This document shows positions 55,153-64,000 of a stretch of DNA of 64,000 nucleotides, one piece after another. Source of the stretch: Phoronis australis. Taxonomy: Eukaryota; Animalia; Phoronida. The DNA lies in contig NMRA01000135.1 of NCBI GenBank assembly GCA_002633005.1, forward strand, positions 803,681 through 867,680, read 5' to 3'. Each line of letters starts with the position of its first letter. The stretch's first letter is position 1. Below the pieces are notes generated by a model. It saw only the letters and a list, made by a program, of their open reading frames with translations. It ran no database searches and was not told where the DNA came from. The position numbers were made by a program, and so were the translations under genes.

Positions 55153-58026
55153 AGGCGAAGGCAACCTTTTTTCGTGTCATTTTTAGCAAAAATAGGGTTC
55201 GTTGATTATCCCAGACATATTTTTCACTTATTTACTGCTTTTCGTAATTTAATTAATTACTAGTCGTCTACTCCAGAAGTGACGTTTTGAGAGGCAAGAA
55301 TTTCGCGCCAATTTCTTTTCATATAGACCCTATTCACGCCGACAGGAGGCGCGTTCCAAAACGAGGCTCGCTACGATAGCTCTGTTAGCTTATCGGCATA
55401 GGAGTCTGTGTTTCAGTCCGTGTTGTTCCCCGAACGGCTAGAAAAAGTACGGACACGCTTCACAATCTCTAAAGACGTTTAGATTCGGAAGCGTTGGGTC
55501 GTTGCCATACGCCGACGAAGCAAAATATGTCCGTGTAAAATAAATGTTTTCGAAAAGTTAGATCATATTTTGTCGCGTCTCGGTCAGTCGTCAAGCATCA
55601 TAGTAACGACCGGAGAATGGGCCAGCCAGGTTGTATTTTCATGACAACGGAATTAGGGGGGGGCTAAAATTGTATCAGATCCCATTTTAGAGTTCGGGTG
55701 CGAATTGCTGATTAGCACACGTGCGCAACCAGGGGGTCTTGGGGGGTGAATAAGCAACGCATAGGCGATGAATGAACCCCGTTTACCGTTTTTTTTTTAG
55801 TCAACAGGTCCGCAAACCCAAGAATTCAAGACCCCTGCTTCCCCAGATTTTAGGCTGGGTGCGCGCATCTGCCGAAATGCTGCTTATTCCTGTGCCTGCC
55901 CCCCCCCCTAATTCAAAATCCTGGATCCGCCCCTGCTACGGGTTGAAACATTATAATTTTTCTTTCCAAAAAGGACAGAGCCCTCAATCCCTCAAATTTA
56001 GGGCCCAATATCGGCCCTATTCCCTCTCAAAAATATTGAAATATCACGCGAAATTCCCCCCACGAGGCACAAAAATTCCCCTAGTGAAAAATCTCTCTGA
56101 GTTCACATAACCTGTAACCACACAGGTGACAATTTTTAAGAGCACAAAAGGCTACTTTAAAATGAGACAGAGCCTATGAGAGCTTGCAACAGGGCGGGGG
56201 TGCTATTGATGGTGATCGGGAGGTAGACTGTTCCCGCCCTCACTCTGCGAAAAAATCGCCTCTCAGTAGGCACTAGCACCTTTCCCCTCGGATGAACGAG
56301 GTTTCTGCAGAAACATGATAACTATGATTTCATTGTCCAGTTAACTGAAATTGAGTTCTAAAACGAGGTTACGTTTTGGACGAACGAATTAGGTGTTTTA
56401 ATTTTAAAATTCAACTTGGTCCAAATTGATACTTGAAATCTAACACATGAAATAGACGTAAGAATTATTACAACCAAGAAAGCAGAATTGATGGTCAAAT
56501 AATTTTTATTTTCAATTACGAGTCTGGTTTATTATTTTAATAAAAAATATATTTAATAACATCAATTATTCTTTCAGATCAATGACAAATCAACTGTTAG
56601 TCCCAGGGAGTGCATAGGATCAGGCTATGCTTGATTTTAATATTCTTGATCAACAAATTAAACCAGATGTGACTAATTGCACATGACAGCCACCACTGTC
56701 GAATATGTCTTCAACTCGTCAACAATACGAGCAGATGACCTGGTCCGCGTAGAAAGTATTTTGATCAACAATTTACAAGAAAAAAGTAACCCTGCATTCA
56801 GCATAATACCTAATCCGTAACACTACGATCGCCGCAATTTGGCCATATTTACTTTTCATGTTTCGAACTTAGTTTTCCGAGAAAAATTAAACCCTTTCGT
56901 CAGACAACTCTTTGACGCCTTAACTTGTTCTCTAATGTAATTTTCTACGTCTGTGTGGTTTAATTGTTGACACATTATTAAAATTCAGTATCCAGGTTGG
57001 ACTCGAAAGACCGGCTATTTAACTCACGCAATGTCTACTTTCGCTTTGTTTATCGCAGTGAGCCTCGCTTTGGATTTTAACGTCTGCCGCGTGAATAGAG
57101 TCTATAGTCTGACTGTGAGAGCAGTCGAGTCGGTCATTGTTCTACCTCGGTTGTGGTAAGTTCGGTCGTGGTTTGCTTTTGCTTACGAGCCAGTCAACAT
57201 GCTACGCTGTTGCTGCGTACTGGGGTGTACTCAATATCGTCTAAAGTACAGAGGAAGAACTGTCCCACTTGGCCGAGGGTGATCTGAGCACCCAAACTGC
57301 TTACATCCCTTCGTGTGACTCCTTCGCCACACACCTGGCACCTTCTAAATAGCTCCAATACAAGTCCACAATAAACTTATCAAACTTAGGCTCACTGATC
57401 TGTTCATTGGATGACGAACTGTCCTCTTCACTGGGTGTCGAACTGGGCCTGTTTTCACTCCCACTACTCAACATCGCTGCAGGGCTGCTTGCAGGCTTTG
57501 GTCTAGAGACAAAAGCACAAGGCGAATCACTGCTAGTTCCCGGAATTGCACGCATAATCTGACGGCAGAAAATGCTTGCCACACACTCGGTAACCCTCCA
57601 CTGCTTTGTACGTTGCGTGGACGGGTAGCGCTGCGTTCTTCACATGAACGAGTTAGCCAAGTACGGCGAAGTGTGTCGTCCTTCGGAAAGCGACGCAAGG
57701 TACCCAAAGCGCGTGTGAGACGATAATGAGTACATCCCGGCACTCAGCAACAGCGTTGCATGTTGACTGACTTGTAAACAAAAGCAAACGACGACAGAAC
57801 GTATCACAACCGAGGTAGAACAATGACTGGCTTGACAGCTCTCACAATCAGGCTTTAATGAAAAGAAATTGGCGCGAAACTCTTGCATCCCATAACGTCA
57901 CTTCCGGAGTAGAGGATGAGAAATTAATCAAATTACGAAAAGCTGTAATTAAGTAAAAAATGTGTCTGGGATAATCAACGAACCTTATTTTTGTTAAAAG
58001 TGACATGAAAAAGGTTGCCTTCGCCT
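55153..58026. mobile_element. Kolobok-type DNA transposon derivative with about 305-bp inverted arms and a THAP-domain remnant
   Basis: TTAA TSD at 55149-55152 and 58027-58030 with AGGCGAAGGCAACC..GGTTGCCTTCGCCT ends. Left arm 55153-55321 plus 57107-57242 mirrors right arm 57718-58026. Minus-strand THAP relic: MQRCC*VPGC..RRFPKDDTLRRTW..RVCGKHF. Confidence 0.82.
55326..57102. mobile_element. TIR element nested in the Kolobok left arm (TATA-flanked, degenerate THAP near its left end)
   Basis: TIR GACCCTATTCACGC / GCGTGAATAGAGTC. TATA at 55322-55325 and 57103-57106. Removing it restores arm symmetry. 55400-55520 reads like a decayed THAP (..IRKRWVVAIRR). It also contains a family B MITE ending at about 55935. 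Confidence 0.7.
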
Positions 58027-58684
58027 TTAAATTACAACAGGAAGTAAACAGACCGAAGTAAGAATTGTTCGGCAAAAGTCGGTCAAGATCGGCGAAACAA
58101 GCGCTACCAGTGTATGCGATCGTCTGCGTTCTTTGTTCGTTCGTTGGCGGGAACTGAGTTAGAGTGTCATTCAATGAATGTACATTTACGGGAAGAAATT
58201 GACGAGGTATGCATAAGATTCTGAGAATGGGGTACACAGAGCTATCTTTTTAGTCGATGATTCCGACGCCTGATTTGGCGACTTGGGATTTCTGTGATTT
58301 TCCAATTGTGGCGACCTCAGATTTCGTTTGGCAACCTGGCGTTAAGCTATGCGTCAAGGCGTCAAGCGCTCTTCAATGTGTTGCCGTCTATTTGTAGATA
58401 CGAATGATGGTCCAAAAATCAGACAATCAAAAAGTGGACGAGCATTTCAGTATATTTATGTTTTATGACATGCAATGAAGTCAGTGGTAAATGGCCACAG
58501 TAAAGGTAAGAAATCTAATCTTCAAGGAGAATGCCACCTGATTTCATTAGTCTTTCTTACCGTCTTAATCGGTCTATATCCACATCGCCTCTTATACGGT
58601 GGACCTCACCTTGCCGGGAGGTGTCGCGTTAACCTGTGAGGAAGGTGAGAAACGACGCAACGACGTCAGTGGTTCGTCTGCAGA

Positions 58685-58915
58685 GTGAATGCCGCTATAT
58701 TGCGGTGCATTGTCCCAGCTTGTCCGAACTATGAAGCTGCGAAGAAAGCGGGTATATCATTTTTTCGACTTCCTCGAGACCCCGAAATGCTTAGGAAGTG
58801 GCTCGCGGTAGTGAAGAATGAAAGGTATGCTGTTAATAGCAAGTATGAGGCCGTGAAACATCTCTGTGTCTGTGCCGGGTCGGCATTTCGTCGACAGTGA
58901 TTTCTCTGAACAATT
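58685..58915 (+). pseudogene. THAP zinc-finger remnant of a DNA transposon
   Basis: RCIVPACPN..GISFFRLPRDPEMLRKWLAVVK..HLCVC, then frameshifted RHFVDSDF. This is the C2CH THAP signature. Confidence 0.75.
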
Positions 58916-59202
58916 CGGGCTTACCAAAGAACTGTCCATACGTTCCGTTGCCTGTGCATGTTCACGGTGCCTCACTAGTATTTCTTGATCAGTGTATCCC
59001 TGTTCGAACTGATAGCCTGAAACCTAACGACCCGTGAAGTCTTCGTCGGATGCCAGTGAGCTCTTGACTAAGTCGGGATTGGCGCCGAGCAAGTTGCCAT
59101 GTAGTCGTTTATTATTCTGCGTTCTGTTTCAAAATGAATTATTCTCATCCTAAAATGATCCTAACCTGTTGCTTATATGAAACTGAAACAAAGTCTGTCT
59201 CA

Positions 59203-60480
59203 TTAGATACAATTTGTATTGCCTTGGATTGCTCGTGAGTGCCAATGTTTTGAGAAGCCAGCAATGAATAAAGCAATGCGTTACCAGCTTTTGATGCTGG
59301 CAGCAAAGGTAATTGATCGGGCACCGAGGCCGTGTGAGCGCATGCTAATTCAGTGTTTGCTGACAGAAAGGTGTTGTGAAACAATTACTCGATTTTATAT
59401 GCTATGGTCACATGTTAGGGGAATCTTTCATTTAGAAATACAAATACATTATTCAAATCATTGTTACTGTACAACCTTTGACCTGACGGTCTGTGGAAGG
59501 GGAACCCGACTTCGCGGCCCCCGACAAGTAGATTTTCAGTTTTTTGGCTAATTCACATATAATTACGTGCACATTATTTCTCTGGGGCCTTTCATACTAA
59601 CGTCGACGCGTCGATGGTTTGGGGAGTTGCGGTCAGTATGAACGCTTAACTCCGGTCCTGGATCGCAGTAAACAGCTCCATTTAACATCGCAGTTAACAG
59701 GTGGATTTAATAGCGCAGCGTCGACGCTGCGGTGCAGTATGAACACTTAACTTCGGTCCAATCGAAGTTAACGCCAGGTGCCACTGTTATCGCCAACAGT
59801 TACAGGGTAGTGCTGTCACTAATAGCTGCTTATATTTTGCTCTAATAATAACCAATCGATTTAAAAATAAGTTTAATGTCACTTAGCACATGTAAATGTT
59901 TCCAAATTGAAACATTGAAAAAATCATATCATGCAACGCTACCTTGCGATTACTTCGATGACGACAGCGGCACCAACCGCTTACTTCCATGTTCGTTAAC
60001 TACCGAAGCCAGTATGAACGGTCCAGTTAACTGCGCTGTTTACGTCGACGCTCCGCTCAGACCGGAGATAAGTCAATATGAAAGGGCCTTTAGATAGTAC
60101 AATTTGTAATGTCTTGGAATGTTCGTGAGTGCAAATGTTTTGAGAAGCCAGCAATGAATAAAGCACTCCGTTACCGGCTTTTGATGCCGGAAACGAAGGT
60201 AATTGATTGGGCACCGAGGCCGTGTGAGCGCATGCTAATTCAGTGTTTGCTGACAGAAAGCTGTTGTGAAACAATTACTCGATTTTATATGCTATGGTCA
60301 CATGTTAGGGGAATCTTTATTTAGAAATACAAATACATTATTCAAATCATTGTTCATGTACAACCTTTTCCCTGACGGTCTGTGGAAGGAGAACCAGACT
60401 TTGCGGCCCCCGACAAGTACCTAAGTAGATGTTCAGTTTCGTGGCTAATTCACATAAATAATTACGTGCACATTATTTCT
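59203..60480 (+). repeat. About 380-bp direct duplication (59203-59581 and 60090-60480) bracketing a MITE
   Basis: Long identical stretches in both copies, e.g. GGGCACCGAGGCCGTGTGAGCGCATGCTAATTCAGTGTTTGCTGACAGAAAG. Confidence 0.9.
59584..60089. mobile_element. PIF/Harbinger-like MITE
   Basis: TIR GGGGCCTTTCATACTAAC vs GTCAATATGAAAGGGCCT. Internal CAGTATGAAC x3 and GTCGAC/GTTAAC palindromes. TTA at the right flank. Confidence 0.7.
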
Positions 60481-61111
60481 TTTGCTCACTATTATAGTCT
60501 TTTCGTGACTGGAGGTTTAGTTTCCAACTCAAGCTGGTTTATGTTCGTGCCAATCCCGGCGGCCTCGACGGGCCTGTTCGAGCTACGAGCCGCGTGAACT
60601 GGCCGGGATAACAAGCGTTTTGTGTGTTTAGAACTCAAAACATCCCAAGTATAAAAACACAGATCTAGGTTATCCTGTCTGTATTTCACGGAAGAATACT
60701 TCGAATTTATCTCCGAACAGACCCCAAACTCCTGCTACGGACCTTGATAAATTGGCTGCCGAACTTTGTAGGCTACGCCTTTTGTGTCCAAATACCCGGA
60801 GTAAATCCGTAACAGCGAAATAAAACAACACGTTTTTATCAGACCTCGGTGTATTTTTAAGGGTTTTACATCCATTCGAAGTTTGATGATTTATTAGTGT
60901 AAAACGATAAATTCAAGCGATAAGCTGACACCACTAATCCGTGTTGTGAACTGCTGAACAGACTGCATATGAAACCAATTACGCCATTGGAAAATTTCAA
61001 CACCTCCGTCTGCCGCCAGGTGTCAGGTAACGCAACCGAACCTGCCGTTATCGAGTAGAACTACTCGTTCTTAATTGATACAAAATAGGTTGTTTCTCCT
61101 TTAATTTTATT

Positions 61112-61490
61112 GCAGGTGGATAAACAGGCTCAGAACAGGAGTTCACCATTTCACCACCAACTTGTACATGATCAAAACAGAATTATTTTATTCTTGGTCT
61201 CGCTAAAACATCTATATCAGCTGGTACAACACGCTCGATTGCGACAGGGCTAGATTAGAGCTACTGTCCTTGAATAAGCTCCGCTCCACTTGTCAGTCAC
61301 TGAGCTGGTGAGCAGTCAAGACATATTATTTACTGAAGCTTGGTCAAATATACTTTAAAAAACAACTTTGGATCTTTAGAATGTTTTTATTTTTTTCACT
61401 ATACTGTGCATCAAGAATTAAAGATTAGGATGACATAAAAATGTAAAGAAACAGTCAAAATTATTTTTTTTGTGTATCCACCTGCCTTAA
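61112..61490. mobile_element. Small Kolobok-like MITE (tentative)
   Basis: GCAGGTGGATA at about 61112 and TATCCACCTGCC-TTAA at about 61475-61490. The left TSD is not preserved. Confidence 0.4.
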
Positions 61491-62730
61491 TTGGGCTTTT
61501 TCTCGGCATCGGCAAATCGACTTAATTTGTACTTAAGAACATAAGTTCTTACGGCTTGGTGGATTACGCCGAAACCTTCCAGATTCAATATTTATTCATC
61601 AGTCTCAAGAGCGCTGTTAGGATTTTTGAAAAAATGCCTAGTTTTGCTTACTGTAATAAAATACCTTACGTTTTGCGAGTTGATTTGTCATAGAAACCAA
61701 ACAAAAATGCTAATAAAAAAAACTAACAACGTTTTTGAGGTGAGTGGTGAAGTTTTCTTTTAAAAAACGGTTTCATTAAAATTGACCGAGGGATTATTGT
61801 GCTATGAATGTACCTTTCTTAAACATGGAATTTTTATATTTCCTGATTTTTTTCTTTCATAAAATGTATATTTTCACTAGTTGAAAAAGCCTAGTTTTTT
61901 GATATAAGAGTTCTTAGACTAATGGAGGCCACTAAATAAGGTTTGGTATAATCTTCAGAGAGCACTAGCTTTTTAGTGTAAATGTGCTACTTAAACTGCT
62001 GGGCCTTTTCGAATGTCAAATGCTTGAGGATTTATGCCTACATTTGGTGAAAAGACTGGAGCTACGACCCATTTCCCACTATGGGTTTTCGCCTTTTTGT
62101 TTGAGGTTTATTGTACGCTGTAATTATCTGTCGTGATGGTAATGATTTGCCGCTTAGTAGACATAAGCCCTGTGGAGTCTGAGGTAGCGTTCATTGTGTT
62201 TAAATTTATTATGCAACAAATGCCATCCCTCAGTGACATGTATTGACCTTTGTGATAGTGCAGGCTCTCTCAATATTACTTATGACTTATACTCCATGGC
62301 TCGGGTCTAATCTTTACACTCGAAATTGTTCTTGACATTTTCCGCCCTGCACTTGTGCGAACTCAAGCTACATGTAAGTGGCACTTATTCTGTATTCGGG
62401 TATCACTACAGTTTATTTGTATAGCTGACTTGTCACAGCTCGCTTTTGAATTAGAAATTTAAAGTTTTTACTCGAAATATCATGATCTCTCTTTTGTAAC
62501 TCGACTGTAGGACTGGCCAGTCCTAGAGTTCTTTGCTCGAATCTTTAATCTAGTGGTCATCAAGTGCGAACGTGACTGTACTAGACACTAATCTGAGCAA
62601 AGGATGCCCTTGATCATAGAATAATACTCGGACATTTATCGTACAAAAGTATAACGGAAAATTCAAGTTCGAGTTCAGAGATCAGATGCCGGGCTGTGAA
62701 CAGAACGCGACATGTTTAATCACGGTAGTT

Positions 62731-62919
62731 TCATTGGATTCTCAATGAAACACGATTCCTTGAAATGTGCCTAATAAAGGGTGGCGCCACACTGACATTC
62801 CCCTTTCTCATAGGGCGCACAAACCGATGCCATTTCGGTGCAATTTTCATGACTTTAGGAAATTTGAACACAGATATGTTCTCATTCAAGTTGCTGCCTC
62901 CACAAACGCACCTTTTCAT
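62731..62919 (-). pseudogene. THAP zinc-finger remnant
   Basis: MKRCVCGGSNL..ISVFKFPK..KWHRFVR, with an out-of-frame AHF further on. Degenerate THAP signature. Confidence 0.6.
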
Positions 62920-63284
62920 GTGTGAAACAGGCGGCTATCCGAGTAGTTTCCTCACAACTCCCCAGTATTGCACTGGTAAAAACAACAATGGCGGAGACGG
63001 TATTCCACCCATTACGTACAACCCCGATAACAGAATTTTTTTTTTTTAATTTTTGGCTTCTTTCTTAGCAACAGGTATGCTAAAGGCTATCAAATCTCTT
63101 AAGATATATTAACAAAATTCTTTTTGAGACACAGGGTCATGGTGGGAGCTCTTTAAATTGTGTATTCGATAAATGCAACAATAAGAAAGCGGTAGGTAAG
63201 GGAGCGTTCACTACCGTCCTACTGCCCCCGTCACCTCTCAGCACTCACTGCTGTTATCCTTTTCGAAATGGGTGAGCGCTACGC

Positions 63285-63585
63285 CCGTAAGTTAATTACA
63301 AATACATCACTTTATACAAAATAAGGGGTGGTCCAAAGTGACAAGTGTCCCTATTGTGATGACTTACAGACTTTACTTCATATGTTTTATCATTGCTCCT
63401 GTGTCAGGACTTTCTGGGAATCAGCGCAAACACTCTTAAATACTCAATACATGTTTACGATTTGGGACACATTAGATTTTGTTCAAAACTCTGATTCAAA
63501 TCATAAATTAATTTGTAATTCCGTTAATACACTTGCCACTTTACTTCATTTATCAGACAGCAAAGGTAGAATATCCTCTCTTTTC
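63285..63585 (+). mobile_element. LINE ORF2 C-terminal cysteine-rich (zf-RVT-like) fragment
   Basis: RKLITNTSLYTK*GVVQSDKCPYCDDLQTLLHMFYHCSCVRTFWE matches the CxxC..H.F..C...FW tail of L1/Tx1-type ORF2. Confidence 0.75.
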
Positions 63586-64000
63586 CATGCGCGCACCCAG
63601 CCTAAAATATAGGGTGGCTCGAATTCTTAGGTATGCGGACCTTTTACTGAAAAAATGGGGCCACTAGGTTCATGCCTCACATTCGCGCTGAATATTCCTG
63701 TGGGCTTTGTGGACCTTCGTCTCCTTTACTCGGACTTTTTGTTTCGCTGAGGCAGACCTTTTGCCCAATTCGCCAAATTGGGGTGTGCCCATGTTTTTTA
63801 ACTATCTCAAGTTGAAATTACAAACGTTCATAAACACAATTTAACAGATACCTCGGACACAAATGTGGATAAATGGAGAGGTCTGCACGCATGCTTTAAA
63901 TTAGTATTCTAGAAATGATCAAAGTTCTACTGTTATTATTTTCATGTTTGTATGTATTTATATAGGACATAATTTCATCAGACATCATATCAGCACGGCG

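Overview
Eukaryotic, AT-rich, intron-containing genomic DNA from an invertebrate animal. The gene content (dsf/NR2E, a UreF homologue, Kolobok/hAT/Harbinger MITEs) suggests a marine invertebrate, possibly a lophotrochozoan; this is inference. Four spliced host genes were reconstructed by hand from GT-AG junctions that keep frame. They are DDB2 (minus, 7 coding exons, 549 aa), head-to-head with triosephosphate isomerase (plus, 5 exons, 249 aa), a divergent UreF-like gene (minus, about 220 aa), and a dissatisfaction/NR2E nuclear receptor (minus, 7 coding exons, 384 aa). The last 19 kb is a nest of transposons. The most notable item is a structurally complete 5.2-kb LTR retroelement (45341-50579) with TG..CA LTRs, a TTAT target-site duplication, a tRNA-Ser primer-binding site and a polypurine tract. 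It encodes a decayed HhH-Gag-zinc-knuckle protein, then a canonical -1 slippery site, then a TatD-family nuclease where pol should be. All expected TatD metal ligands are present once a later MITE insertion is removed. No protease, RT, RNase H or integrase motifs were seen. The element sits inside ORF2 of an L1/Tx1-like LINE. No rRNA, tRNA or CRISPR arrays were seen. All alignments were done by eye.
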